Assembly: GCA_051006215.1 (NCBI GenBank)
Contig: JBPCIO010000151.1
Span: forward strand, 1 to 60,204
DNA from: Chloroflexota bacterium
GTDB taxonomy: Bacteria > Chloroflexota > UBA6077 > CF-72
Reading direction: 5' to 3'
DNA: 60,204 nucleotides
Shown: piece after piece, positions 1 to 12,679 of the stretch
Layout: each line of letters begins with the position of its first letter
Numbering within the stretch: position 1 is the first letter of the stretch
The notes under the pieces: model-generated
Databases searched by the model: none
Told to the model about the DNA's origin: nothing
Seen by the model: the letters and a program-made list of their open reading frames with translations, nothing else
Position numbers and translations under genes: made by a program

Positions 1-763
<763 letters not shown>

Positions 764-933
764 GAAGGCGCCGTGCGCCGGGTACGGAACCGAATGCCCT
801 CAGCCAGTGTATATAAGATAGAAGCTCCTGCGGCTCTGCGCTGGCCTGGATACTCCGCTCGCCCGAACCCGCCCAGACGGGCGCTTGCCCGCACGTTGCT
901 GTCGAGCTCCGACCTTTTTGAAAGGACACGCAC

Positions 934-1752
934 ATGCCAATTGCACCCGTGACCGACTGGGGTGAAGCCTTGATGACCTCGCTCGCGACGGGCCTGGTCA
1001 TCCTATTCGCGGCCATCCCAAAAATCATCGGCTTCCTCATTATTCTGATCATCGGCTGGCTCATCGCCTCGGCCATCGCCACCGCCGTCACGGCCGTGCT
1101 GCGCACGGTCAAGTTCAACGATGTCGCGAAGCGGTCGGGCTTCAGCGGTTTCGTCGAGAAGATGGGTATCCGCAAGGATGCGAGCGCCTTCCTTGCCGAC
1201 ATCATCAAGTGGTTCGTGCGGCTGATCGTGCTTGTCAGCGCGTTCGACGCGCTAGGGCTGCCCGCTGTCTCGCAGGTCCTCCAGCAGTTGCTGCTGTGGC
1301 TGCCAAACCTCGTGGTCGCGCTGGTGATCCTGGTGCTCGCCGGGCTGGCCGCCAACGCTCTGTCGGGCCTCGTACGAGGCGCAACTGCCGAGGCTGGCTT
1401 GGGCAATCCCGGCCTGCTGGCGACCGTAGCCAAGGTGGCCGTCTGGGGCTTTGCGATCGTGATCGCAGTCAATCAGATTGGGGTCGCCACAACACTCGTC
1501 AACACGTTGTTCATGGGCCTGGTGGGCGCCCTTGCGCTAGCGCTGGGGCTGGCCTTCGGACTGGGCGGCCGCGATACTGCCGGTCAGATGGTCGCCAGCT
1601 GGTACCGCTCGGGTCAGCAGGCTGCGCCCAAGCTCGAAAGAGCGGCCGACGCCGCTGAGAAACAGACCCAGGCCCCCGCTGAGAGGACGAGTGGACCCAG
1701 CGTTGGCGTGCGCCCTGGCGACACGGTTGTGGTCGAGCCCCGCCGTTCCTGA
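934..1752 (+). CDS. Conserved TM-helix repeat protein (mechanosensitive-channel related, PF05552-like)
   Basis: 272 aa with repeated hydrophobic helices (IIGFLIILIIGWLIA, LVVALVILVLAGLAAN, VAVWGFAIVIAVNQIG). GAAAGGA lies upstream of the ATG. Confidence 0.6.
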   Translation: MPIAPVTDWGEALMTSLATGLVILFAAIPKIIGFLIILIIGWLIASAIATAVTAVLRTVKFNDVAKRSGFSGFVEKMGIRKDASAFLADIIKWFVRLIVLVSAFDALGLPAVSQVLQQLLLWLPNLVVALVILVLAGLAANALSGLVRGATAEAGLGNPGLLATVAKVAVWGFAIVIAVNQIGVATTLVNTLFMGLVGALALALGLAFGLGGRDTAGQMVASWYRSGQQAAPKLERAADAAEKQTQAPAERTSGPSVGVRPGDTVVVEPRRS

Positions 1753-1761
1753 GGGGCGCGC

Positions 1762-2760
1762 ATGTCGTCAAATGGCGGCCGCACCGAGCAGAGCCGAGAC
1801 CAAATCCGGCGCATTCTGGAGCGTCACCTCGCGCAGCTTGACTCGCCTGAGGCAGCTACCAGCGTTGTGCAGCGGACGTATGCGTCGGCTAAGGGTGCCA
1901 GTGAGGCGGCGCAGGCGCACATCGCCAGCAGCGCGCCAGGCGCGGGTGTTGCCACCATCGAGCGGGCTGCACGTGGGCCATCGACGCCAGGACGTTTGGC
2001 AGATGTCCTGGTGGAAACCGCGACTCAGGGCATGGCGTCCACCAAGGAGGCGCATGCCATTGCCGAAGCGGCGTACGACGTGCTGGGGTCGGGAACGCAC
2101 CACATCCCGCCTGCGTCCAGGCGAGGCCGGGCCCTACTCCGCCAGGCAACTGTGCACGGTGTGGGGCAGCCCGCCTGGCTAGAAGCGCGGGCATTCGGCG
2201 GACTCAGCGGCTTGCCCCATCCGGTGTGGCTGCATGCAGCGTGTGAAACTGTAGGGACGCTGGCAACCGGGGGCTGGATCTGGGTCCTCGGCGTGCTCGG
2301 AACCTACTTTCTGCGGGTTGAGGGCAGCGAGCGGGCCGTCAAGCTGACGCTGCCCACGGTCGCCATCGTTGGCTTCATTGCGGAACGGCCAGCCAAGGTA
2401 TTCGCCGCGCAGCGGCGGCCTTTCGCGCATCTGCTGCACATGATGTTGCTCGGGCAGAAGCCGCGCGGGCGAACGTTTCCCAGCGGGCACGCCGCCACAT
2501 CGTTCGCGGCCGCTTGGGAGCTTGGGTCCGTTTGGCCCAGCCGTCGGCCGGTGCTGCTGGGGGCGGCAGCCCTCGTCAGCATGAGCCGCGTGTATCTGGG
2601 CGCCCACGATCCTGGCGAAATTGTGGCAGGTACCCTGCTCGGCGTGGGGCTGGCCGAGCTGCTTCGCCGGCCGACTGAGCGCCTGCTGGCGCAGGTCGAC
2701 CTGCCGGACCCACCCGGCGGCTTCAACGACCCACACACACAACCCCGCGGACCAGCATAA
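1762..2760 (+). CDS. PAP2-family phosphatase with a long N-terminal extension
   Basis: C-terminal PAP2 motifs KPRGRTFPSGH ... SRVYLGAHDPGE (KxxxxxxRP / PSGH / SRxxxxxHxxxD pattern). Confidence 0.75.
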   Translation: MSSNGGRTEQSRDQIRRILERHLAQLDSPEAATSVVQRTYASAKGASEAAQAHIASSAPGAGVATIERAARGPSTPGRLADVLVETATQGMASTKEAHAIAEAAYDVLGSGTHHIPPASRRGRALLRQATVHGVGQPAWLEARAFGGLSGLPHPVWLHAACETVGTLATGGWIWVLGVLGTYFLRVEGSERAVKLTLPTVAIVGFIAERPAKVFAAQRRPFAHLLHMMLLGQKPRGRTFPSGHAATSFAAAWELGSVWPSRRPVLLGAAALVSMSRVYLGAHDPGEIVAGTLLGVGLAELLRRPTERLLAQVDLPDPPGGFNDPHTQPRGPA

Positions 2761-2853
2761 CTGCACAATGGTAGAGACAGCGCCAGCGTCGCATACTGCG
2801 GCGATGGCAGTCCGGTGAAAGACGCGCGCGGACTGAGAAAAGGAGACGACGAC

Positions 2854-3171
2854 GTGAAGATGCTGTTCGGTGTGGTTCTCGGTGCCTTGGCAACCTGGCT
2901 CTACAGCTCAGAGCAAGCCCGCAAGCAAGTCCGGGAGCGCTTCTCGGATGCGCCCGCGTCACTGCAGCAACTGCAGCACACCGCCGCTTCGGCGGCTGCC
3001 AGCGGAGCCCAACGGGTCGCCGAGGCGATCGACTCTGCCCCACTACCTGAGCGCGTCAAAGGTGCCGCAAGTGAAGCCACGTTCAATGTGTGGGCGGCTG
3101 CCGACGCGGCCGGCGACCCCGCGTCAGATGCAGCGCGCCAGCCAGGCGCAGACGCCAAGTCTCAAGCGTGA
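2854..3171 (+). CDS. Small membrane-anchored hypothetical protein (one N-terminal TM helix, Ala-rich tail)
   Basis: ORF 2815..3171. AGGAG at 2841 precedes GTG 2854 / ATG 2860. TM segment MLFGVVLGALATWLY. Confidence 0.5.
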   Translation: MKMLFGVVLGALATWLYSSEQARKQVRERFSDAPASLQQLQHTAASAAASGAQRVAEAIDSAPLPERVKGAASEATFNVWAAADAAGDPASDAARQPGADAKSQA

Positions 3172-3246
3172 CTTCGACGACGTGGATGGCAAATACCCTC
3201 CGACCTGCCCATAGGTCGAGGACCGCAACCAGAAAGGGCGGACCCC

Positions 3247-4401
3247 ATGCGTGAAAAGCTGGCCGCATTCCAGAAGTCTCGGGCTGGGCAATTGCTGAAG
3301 AAGGTGATGGACGACCGGGCGCCCAACCTGGCTGTGCTACTGGCCTGGGGCACGCTCAACACGTTGTTCCCACTCGTCCTCGGCATCCTGGCGATTGCCG
3401 GCTTCGTCCTGCGCGATCCACAACGGTTGGACCAACTCACGGGAACCCTGTTCGCGGTGCTGCCCCAGGAAGCGGCCACGGCGCTTACCACGATCCTCAC
3501 CACCACACGTGGGAGCGCCGGTGCAGCCTCGGTCGTGTCCATTCTGCTCTTACTGTTCAGCGGATCGAACTTCTTCGCCAACATGGAGATGGTCTTCGAC
3601 ATCGTGTACCACGTGCCGGACCGGAACATCGTGATGCAGCGGGTCCTGGCCGTGGTCATGCTCCTGATTGTCACTGCCCTGCTGCTGATCTCGACCACGG
3701 CGTACGGGTTCGGGAATCTTGTCGGCTCGCTGCCGATTGGACTGCCCGTGGGTCCGGTCCTTGGCCGAATCCTGGGTTGGTCCATCTCCATCGTCAGCGC
3801 TATCGTGATGTTCTTACTGCTGTACAAAATTCTGCCGAATAAATCTCAGGGTTGGAAGCAGACGCTGCCGGGTGCGCTGGCAGCGGCGGTGCTGTTCTTC
3901 ATCATCCTGCAGGTGTTTCCGCTGTACATGGCCATCTTCGGCAAGGGCTTCCAGGCGTATGCCGCCTTTGGCGTGTTCCTGCTGCTGATGTTCTGGCTGT
4001 ACCTGCTTGGCCTGGTGCTCGTCGTCGGAGCCGAGCTGAACGCATTCCTGGAGGAGCCAGGGCGTTCGACGGCGCTGGCGGAGGCTACGTCGAAGGCAGA
4101 AAAAGGCCAGGTCGCCTTGCAACAGACAGGCGGCAACGTGGAGGCGGTTGCCACCGGCAGCGCCGAACCGGGCGGTGAGGAGCCGAAGGCAGCCGCCGGA
4201 TCCCGGTCGATGTTCGGCAGCGCGCGACCGAAAGACGATACGACGCCGCAGCCGGGTTCGGAACCAACGCAGCCGAAGCCCGGCACCCCCCGCGGCGTCG
4301 GCGTCGGCGGCCGGCTGATCGGGCTGGTGGGTCTGCTCGGGGCAGCGTTTCTGCTCAGCCGCCAGCCACCCGCACCCAAGACGGCGGTGGCCAAAGACTG
4401 A
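3247..4401 (+). CDS. YihY/BrkB (ribonuclease BN-like) family membrane protein
   Basis: 384 aa polytopic protein. N-terminal LAVLLAWGTLNTLFPLVLGILAIAGF is typical of YihY. Pro/Gly-rich C-terminal tail. Confidence 0.75.
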   Translation: MREKLAAFQKSRAGQLLKKVMDDRAPNLAVLLAWGTLNTLFPLVLGILAIAGFVLRDPQRLDQLTGTLFAVLPQEAATALTTILTTTRGSAGAASVVSILLLLFSGSNFFANMEMVFDIVYHVPDRNIVMQRVLAVVMLLIVTALLLISTTAYGFGNLVGSLPIGLPVGPVLGRILGWSISIVSAIVMFLLLYKILPNKSQGWKQTLPGALAAAVLFFIILQVFPLYMAIFGKGFQAYAAFGVFLLLMFWLYLLGLVLVVGAELNAFLEEPGRSTALAEATSKAEKGQVALQQTGGNVEAVATGSAEPGGEEPKAAAGSRSMFGSARPKDDTTPQPGSEPTQPKPGTPRGVGVGGRLIGLVGLLGAAFLLSRQPPAPKTAVAKD

Positions 4402-4448
4402 GCCCGCGGGCCGACGCTCGGCTCACAGTACACTCAAATGGGTGCCTG

Positions 4449-4521
4449 GCCCCTGTAGCTCAAAGGCTAGAGCAGGTCCCTCATAAGGACGAGGTTCCTG
4501 GTTCGAATCCAGGCGGGGGCA
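4449..4521 (+). tRNA. tRNA with CAT anticodon (Met or lysidine-modified Ile2; acceptor stem favours Ile2)
   Basis: Hand-folded cloverleaf: acceptor GCCCCTG/CGGGGGC, D stem GCTC/GAGC, anticodon loop CTCATAA, variable AGGTT, T arm CCTGG-TTCGAAT-CCAGG, discriminator A. CCA is not encoded. 73 nt. Confidence 0.9.
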
Positions 4522-4568
4522 CCCAGCATCTGCCAGCGCGCCTGCACCCTAGCCTGGGTGTTAACGGT

Positions 4569-4598
4569 TTGCAAAGCCAATTTGGCGTGACGTAGTAT
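4569..4598 (+). promoter_or_regulatory. Putative sigma70-type promoter of the sugar ABC operon
   Basis: TTGCAA (4569-4574), 18-nt spacer, TAGTAT (4593-4598), about 60 nt upstream of the ATG at 4662. Confidence 0.35.
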
Positions 4599-4661
4599 CC
4601 GCCTGCGACAGCCGTTGCCGACCCGCGGCCGGGCGCACCGATCCGGACGGAGGGGAGTCAC

Positions 4662-6041
4662 ATGGCCCATCGAATAACCCGTCGTGCGATGCTCGCTGGG
4701 TGCGGCGCGTCCGCGGCGGCGGTGCTCGCCGCGTGCGGCGCGCCCGCTCCGGCCCAGCCCGCCGCGCCGGCTGCCACGACCGCTGCAGCTCCGGCGGCGG
4801 CCGCCTCGGGGGAGAAGATAGCGCTCAGCTGGTGGTCGCACGGTGCCGAGGAAGAGAACAAAAAGAAGATGCTCAACCTCCTGGTGAACCGCTACCAGGA
4901 CAAGAACCCCAACACCACGGTGACCATCACCTGGAACAACAATCCTGCCCTCGCCCAGGCCCTTCAGGCTGCTTTTGCGGCAGACAGTGGTTACCCCGAC
5001 CTGTTCACCGCCGGTTCCGCGCAGCGGGCCTGGATCGCCGCCGGCTGGATCGCGGAGCTGTCGAACGGAATCAACTGGAACAACCTCGCGCCGTGGGGCA
5101 AGCTGTCCGGGACGTTCCCCGGACCAGACGGCAAGCCGGGCGTGTACTTCTTCCCCGAGTACGCCACGACCGGCGAGATCCACATCAACGAGGGCATGTT
5201 CAAGGACTTCGGGATCGCCATTCCGGCCACCCTTCAGTACTCGGTAACCGAGTTCAACGAGGTGGTCAAGACCATCACCAGCAAGGGCGTCGCCGCTTTC
5301 GCCGACGCAAACGGCGACCGCGACTATCCGGGCATGACTATGGCCAACTACATGATGCTGACCCGGTTCGGCGCCGACGACCTGGTCAAGGTCTGGACGG
5401 GCGAGATCGCCATGAGCGACCCGCGCGTGCTGGAGGTGCTCACCGCCTTCGAGGAGCAGGTCAAGCTCAAGGCGTTCCCGTCGACGTTCGCCAGCATGAC
5501 CCTGAGCGAGTCCCACAACTACTTCCACACGCAGAAGAAAGCGGCGATGTTCCCGCTGCAAAGCTTCTACACCGCGCGCGCATTCGTACCCCCCGACAAG
5601 GGTGGCCAGCCCAAGGACTTCCAGCTCGGGTTCATTAACTACCCCGCGTGGCCGGACGGCCCGGGTAACAAGCAGAAGTTCCTGGACCCGGGCGGGTCGC
5701 AGTCGGTAGCGGCCAAGAGCAAGTACCGCGACCAGGCGATCGCGGTCCTCAACGGCTACACCGACCCCGATTGGGCAACGGAGTGGGTTGGAACGACGGG
5801 CAACCCCACCGCGGTGAAGATCGACACCTCCAAGGTAACGTCGGATTACGCCGACTACTGGGTCAAGTACTACAAGGCCCAGGAAGGCATCACGCACGTT
5901 TCGAACGTCCAAATTGGGACGGTCGGAACGCCGGCTCACAGCGACGCGTGGACGGCCATGGTCAGCCAGGGCATGGCCGGCGGTCTCATCTCCGCCAAGG
6001 ATGCCGTCACGAAGCTCGTCGAGGCCTGGAAGAAGACCTGA
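4662..6041 (+). CDS. ABC transporter extracellular solute-binding protein (family 1, carbohydrate type), Tat/lipoprotein signal
   Basis: N-terminus ITRRAMLAGCGASAAAVLAAC (twin-Arg plus lipobox) and an Ala/Pro linker. Followed by two MalFG-type permeases. Confidence 0.85.
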   Translation: MAHRITRRAMLAGCGASAAAVLAACGAPAPAQPAAPAATTAAAPAAAASGEKIALSWWSHGAEEENKKKMLNLLVNRYQDKNPNTTVTITWNNNPALAQALQAAFAADSGYPDLFTAGSAQRAWIAAGWIAELSNGINWNNLAPWGKLSGTFPGPDGKPGVYFFPEYATTGEIHINEGMFKDFGIAIPATLQYSVTEFNEVVKTITSKGVAAFADANGDRDYPGMTMANYMMLTRFGADDLVKVWTGEIAMSDPRVLEVLTAFEEQVKLKAFPSTFASMTLSESHNYFHTQKKAAMFPLQSFYTARAFVPPDKGGQPKDFQLGFINYPAWPDGPGNKQKFLDPGGSQSVAAKSKYRDQAIAVLNGYTDPDWATEWVGTTGNPTAVKIDTSKVTSDYADYWVKYYKAQEGITHVSNVQIGTVGTPAHSDAWTAMVSQGMAGGLISAKDAVTKLVEAWKKT

Positions 6042-6111
6042 GCCGAGCCGCTGCGACGCTGGACCAGGTACCAGCGTACGGCGTCCCTAGTCGACAAACG
6101 GGAGATCGTCG

Positions 6112-7053
6112 ATGGTTGTCGCCAGAGCGCGCGCCGAGCCACGTCCCGTGACCGCGCGGCGGACTCACGGGCCGCCGTGGGGCACGATCGGTTTTTTCCT
6201 GCTGCCGGCGGCCGTCCTCTACCTCGGCCTGACGCTCTTCCCGACGCTCATGACCTTCTACAACAGCGTCAACGTCCTGAGGATGGACCGCGGCTTGGTG
6301 GCCGAGTTCGTCGGGCTACGGAACTACATAGAGCTGGCGTCGGACGACACCTTCTTCCTGAGTGTCGAGCACAGCCTGATCTGGGCGGCAGTGTCACCTT
6401 TCCTCGAGGTGCCGATCGGCTTCGCGCTCGCGCTCATCCTTGCGGGCAAGGTGCGCGGCACGCGCTTCTTCCGCACGGCGTGGTTCACCCCGATCATGAT
6501 CACGTCGCCAGTGGTCGGCGTGATCTGGCTCTGGATCTACAACAACGACTGGGGCGTGATCAACGTCGTGCTTCGAGGCGTCGGGCTGGGGGCGCTCGCA
6601 ACCCCCTGGCTAGGCAGGCTCGAAACCGCCCTTCCGGCGCTGATCCTGGTGACGACCTGGACGTTCGTCGGCTTCAACATGGTGATCCTGCTCGCTGCCA
6701 TCCACGGTATCCCGCGGGAGTACCTCGAGGCGGCTCAGATCGACGGCGCCAACCCGCGCCAAGTGCTGTTCCACGTCACCATCCCGCTCCTGCGACAGAC
6801 GCTGGCGAACCTGCTGATCCTGTGCTTCATCGGCAAGATGAAGCAGTTCGCCCTGGTGTACGTGATGACGCGGGGGGGTCCGATGTGGGCGACCGAGACA
6901 GTCGCGACCTACGTCATCAAGCGCGCCTTCGCCTGGCAGACGCTCGACCTGGGCTACCCGTCGGCGATCGCGGTTCTCTGGTTCATCGTGATCCTGGGCT
7001 TGACGCTGCTGTTCAGCCGGTTGCTCCAGAGCCGCGAGCGGCTGGAGTTTTAA
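6112..7053 (+). CDS. Carbohydrate ABC transporter permease (MalF/UgpA-like)
   Basis: 313 aa, six hydrophobic segments. EAA-like loop EAAQIDGANPRQVLFHVTIPLL. Confidence 0.85.
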   Translation: MVVARARAEPRPVTARRTHGPPWGTIGFFLLPAAVLYLGLTLFPTLMTFYNSVNVLRMDRGLVAEFVGLRNYIELASDDTFFLSVEHSLIWAAVSPFLEVPIGFALALILAGKVRGTRFFRTAWFTPIMITSPVVGVIWLWIYNNDWGVINVVLRGVGLGALATPWLGRLETALPALILVTTWTFVGFNMVILLAAIHGIPREYLEAAQIDGANPRQVLFHVTIPLLRQTLANLLILCFIGKMKQFALVYVMTRGGPMWATETVATYVIKRAFAWQTLDLGYPSAIAVLWFIVILGLTLLFSRLLQSRERLEF

Positions 7054-7059
7054 GCACAG

Positions 7060-7899
7060 ATGAGTGGGACCGCTGCGCGCGTCCTGAAGAACTGGGGCTA
7101 CATCCCCGTCGCCCTGTACACGGTTTTCGCACTCGGGCCCTTGGTCTGGGCGGCCCTGCTGTCGCTGCGCACGTCGGGCGAGATCTACTCAAACCCGTAT
7201 GGCCTGCCGTGGCCGCCGCACTTCGAGAAATACCTCGAGGTGTTTACCAAGTTCAACTACGCGGTGTACTTCCGGAACAGCATCATCGTGTCAGTCACCG
7301 CGGTCATCCTTGGGACGCTGGCCGGCGCGATGGCTGCCTTCGTGCTGAGCCGGCCGCGCTACAACTTTCGGTTCCGTGGGGCGATCTTCCTGCTCATTTT
7401 CATCTCGATCATGTTCCCGCCGCAGATCACCCTGATCGCATTGTTCCAGAACCTGGTCCAGTTGAAGCTCTACAACACCCTGCAGGGGCTCATCCTGGTG
7501 TACGCGGCCGACCAGCTGCCGCTGACGATCTTCCTGCTCCGCGCATTCTTCATGCAAATCCCGCAGGACATCGAGGACGCCGCACGCGTCGACGGGTGCG
7601 GCGACTTGCGGATGTTCTGGCAGGTGATGTTGCCGATCGCCACGCCCGCCATCACGGCGGTGGTCATCATCACCTTCATTGGCCACTGGAACGAGTTCCT
7701 GTACGCAGTGGTGTTCATTAATCGGGAAGACATGCGCACGCTGCCGCTGGCCGTGATGTTCTTCCTGGGCGAGAACTTCCAGGACATCGGCATGCTCGCG
7801 ACCGGCTTGGTGGTCACCGTGCTGCCGGTGCTGCTGATCTACGTGTTCTTCTCGGAGGCGCTGATCAAAGGCATGACCCAGGGCGCAGTGAAGGGTTAG
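7060..7899 (+). CDS. Carbohydrate ABC transporter permease (MalG/UgpE-like)
   Basis: 279 aa. EAA loop EDAARVDGCGDLRMFWQVMLPIATP. No ATPase gene in this operon. Confidence 0.85.
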   Translation: MSGTAARVLKNWGYIPVALYTVFALGPLVWAALLSLRTSGEIYSNPYGLPWPPHFEKYLEVFTKFNYAVYFRNSIIVSVTAVILGTLAGAMAAFVLSRPRYNFRFRGAIFLLIFISIMFPPQITLIALFQNLVQLKLYNTLQGLILVYAADQLPLTIFLLRAFFMQIPQDIEDAARVDGCGDLRMFWQVMLPIATPAITAVVIITFIGHWNEFLYAVVFINREDMRTLPLAVMFFLGENFQDIGMLATGLVVTVLPVLLIYVFFSEALIKGMTQGAVKG

Positions 7900-7973
7900 G
7901 CGCCACGCTGGTTGGCGGCCCGCTCTCTATCGCGGCGGACGCACCGGGCCGGGCAAGTTAGACTGGTGGGTGG

Positions 7974-8852
7974 ATGGAAGGCTCGGTGCACGACGCTCCG
8001 ACCGGCCTGCAGCCGGAAGATCTCGGGAAACTCCTCCGCCTGGATGGCAAGGTGGCGATCGTCACTGGGGCGGCGGTGCGCATCGGGCGTGAGATTGCTC
8101 GAACGTTCGCCGGCCAGGGCGCACACGTGTTGCTGACGGACATCCAGGATGAGCTTGGGGAAGGCGCTGCGGCCGAGATTCGCGCGGCCGGCGGCTCGGC
8201 GGAATATGCGCACGTCGACGTCGGACGAGCAGATGATCTCCGCGCCATGGTCAGCGCAGCCGTCGAGCGATTTGGTGGACTGCATATCCTTGTCAATAAT
8301 GCGCATTGGGAAAAACACGGCACCGTCGTGGATCTGGAGGAGGCGGACTGGGATCGCAGCTTCGACGTTCTCCTCAAGGCGCTGTATCTCGGCTGCAAGT
8401 ACGCCATCCCCGCAATGCGAAAGGTGGGTGGCGGCGCGATTGTCAACATCTCGTCGGTACACGCGTACGCCGTATCCGATGCCTACGCAACCTACCAGAC
8501 CGCTAAAGCCGGAGTGGTGCAGTTCACCCGCCAAGTTGCTTGGGACTTCGGACCGGAGCATATCCGCTGCAACTGTATTTGCCCCGGTGACGTGCCGATG
8601 CCTGGTGAAGTCGAGGCGCGGGCTGATGAGCCGGGCTTCCTCGAGGAACGCACGCTGCTCAAGGCGATCAAGCGGCCCGGGCATCCACGCGACATCGCTC
8701 GGGCGGCGCTTTTCCTGGTGTCTGACCTAGCCGAGTGGACGACCGGTCAGTCCCTGACTGTCGACGGTGGGGAGCACCTTACCTTCCCCATGACCGGCGC
8801 CCAGCGCATGCGGACCTTTCTTGAACAGTTACCTCAGGCACAGCGACGGTAG
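7974..8852 (+). CDS. SDR-family oxidoreductase
   Basis: GKVAIVTGAAVRIG Rossmann motif, NNAH, and S...YxxxK (YQTAKAG). Confidence 0.85.
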   Translation: MEGSVHDAPTGLQPEDLGKLLRLDGKVAIVTGAAVRIGREIARTFAGQGAHVLLTDIQDELGEGAAAEIRAAGGSAEYAHVDVGRADDLRAMVSAAVERFGGLHILVNNAHWEKHGTVVDLEEADWDRSFDVLLKALYLGCKYAIPAMRKVGGGAIVNISSVHAYAVSDAYATYQTAKAGVVQFTRQVAWDFGPEHIRCNCICPGDVPMPGEVEARADEPGFLEERTLLKAIKRPGHPRDIARAALFLVSDLAEWTTGQSLTVDGGEHLTFPMTGAQRMRTFLEQLPQAQRR

Positions 8853-8925
8853 ACGTGAGGGTTGGAGCCGAGCAAGGCAGGGGTTCAGCCTTGACGCGCG
8901 GGACCAACTGCCAAGCGCACGCCGC

Positions 8926-9858
8926 ATGGTGACTGATGCCCAGGCGGCGGCGTTTCTGGTCGAACGGTTTGGCGAAAGCGTCCACAGTGTCTGCAGCGTC
9001 GGCCACGGCGAGTGGTCAGAGGCATTCACCTATGCCATTCAGGCAGGCCGTCAGTACGTCGTTCGCTTCAGCGCGTTGGCGGAGGATTTCGCCAAAGACC
9101 GAGTAGCGGCAGGCTGGGGCTCGTCCGCCCTGCCTATTCCGCCGATCCTCGAATCGGGGACCGCCTTCGGAGGCTTCTACGCAATTTCGCCGCGAGCCCT
9201 GGGTAGCTACCTCGACGTGCTGGATCGTGGCCAACTGCAAGCCGCGCTGCCTGCGCTATTTCGCGGACTGGACGCAGCACGCGGCGCAGACATCTCGAGT
9301 TCGGCAGGCTACGGCGTTTGGGGTGCGGACGGCGTCGGCCCGCACGCCACCTGGCGCGCCGCGCTGCTGGACGTGGCCTACGATCGGCCCGGGCACCGAA
9401 CTCACGGGTGGCGGGACCGCCTGTCGGCCTCGCCCATGGGCGACGGCCCGTTCGAGCAGGCGCTCAACCAGTTGCACCAGCTGGTGGAGGCGTGCCCAGA
9501 GCAGCGGTGGTTGGTCCACAGCGATCTGCTGAACTACAACGTGCTGGTCTCGAACGATCGGCTCAGCGCGGTCATCGACTGGGGCTGCTCGCTGTACGGC
9601 GATTTTCTGTACGACGTGGCCTGGCTTGCATTCTGGTCGGCCTGGTACCCCGCCTGGCAGGGCATTGATTTTGCGTTCGAGGCGGCTCGCCACTACGCAA
9701 GCATTGGCCTGCATGTGCCGCAGCTCGACGCCCGGCTCACCTGTTATCAGGTGCACATCGGGCTGGATGGGCAGGCTTACAATGCCTTCAAGGGTCGCTG
9801 GACTGAACTGGAGGCTACGGCTCGGAGGACGCTCGAGATCGCAGACCAGGCCGGCTGA
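8926..9858 (+). CDS. Aminoglycoside/choline-kinase-type phosphotransferase (APH family)
   Basis: Catalytic loop HSDLLNYNVLV and IDWG motif. ATG 8926 chosen because ORF start 8821 overlaps the SDR gene. Confidence 0.75.
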   Translation: MVTDAQAAAFLVERFGESVHSVCSVGHGEWSEAFTYAIQAGRQYVVRFSALAEDFAKDRVAAGWGSSALPIPPILESGTAFGGFYAISPRALGSYLDVLDRGQLQAALPALFRGLDAARGADISSSAGYGVWGADGVGPHATWRAALLDVAYDRPGHRTHGWRDRLSASPMGDGPFEQALNQLHQLVEACPEQRWLVHSDLLNYNVLVSNDRLSAVIDWGCSLYGDFLYDVAWLAFWSAWYPAWQGIDFAFEAARHYASIGLHVPQLDARLTCYQVHIGLDGQAYNAFKGRWTELEATARRTLEIADQAG

Positions 9859-9929
9859 GCGCCGCCGTCGAACCCGACCTGTGGGCACAGAGCTTGCCAT
9901 GTGCTTGCCCATTCCGGAAGGAGCAGCGC

Positions 9930-10457
9930 ATGAACGCTATCCAGCTTTTACGGCAAATGCACGCTGATTCCAAGGTGCGCTTCAAATTGATCCTCGGCGC
10001 AGACGATCCGAAGCAAGCCGCCGAGCAGTGGCAAGCCCTGCAGCCCCTCCTCGAACTCCACGAACAGATCGAGGACGACTTTGTATACACACCGCTGTCT
10101 CAAGAGATGGGACCTGGCACGCCGCTAGGCGACTGGTCTGTCCAGCACGAGGTCGACGTTGCGACGGCGACGCAGTTCATTGACGCGGCCAACCAACTTG
10201 ACCCGGCCACAGCCGAGTGGAGGGCAACCATTGGCACCATTATGGACGTGCTCAATAAGCACATTACCGACGAAGAAGGTCAGATCTTCGGCCGCATCGA
10301 GCAGGTCTGGGACCCGGCGCGACTCGAGGCAGCCGGACAGCAGATGCAGAAAATAGAGAATGGCGCTGCGCCGGCCGCCAAGCCACGCTCTGCGACTCCG
10401 ACTTCTGCCAAGCGGCGTGGGGGCCAAACGTCCTCGCGCGCACGACGCACAGCCTAG
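9930..10457 (+). CDS. Hemerythrin-like (HHE cation-binding) domain protein
   Basis: GGAAGGAG RBS before ATG 9930. His/Glu/Asp-rich helices (LELHEQIEDDF, HEVDV, HITDEEGQIF). Confidence 0.55.
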   Translation: MNAIQLLRQMHADSKVRFKLILGADDPKQAAEQWQALQPLLELHEQIEDDFVYTPLSQEMGPGTPLGDWSVQHEVDVATATQFIDAANQLDPATAEWRATIGTIMDVLNKHITDEEGQIFGRIEQVWDPARLEAAGQQMQKIENGAAPAAKPRSATPTSAKRRGGQTSSRARRTA

Positions 10458-10474
10458 GAGGCACTCGTCACTCA

Positions 10475-12646
<2,172 letters not shown>

Positions 12647-12652
<6 letters not shown>

Positions 12653-12677
12653 TAGTCGTGGGCACGGTAGGAATTCG
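12647..12677. repeat. Solo unit of the repeat family seen at 33.0 and 37.5 kb
   Basis: GTCGTGGGCACGGTAGGAATTCG (12655-12677) is identical to 33051-33073. It fills the 27-nt katE-hydrolase spacer. Confidence 0.85.
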
Positions 12678-12679
12678 AA

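Noticed and set aside
4467-5939. 490-aa ORF on the minus strand
   Set aside because: It lies fully antisense to the well-supported solute-binding protein gene. The composition is Arg/Gly/Val-rich with no motifs, which is a typical high-GC shadow ORF.
6177-7721. 514-aa ORF in an alternative plus-strand frame
   Set aside because: It spans two genuine ABC permease genes in another frame. The sequence is Arg/Pro/Gly-rich nonsense, and the permease frames carry clear EAA loops.
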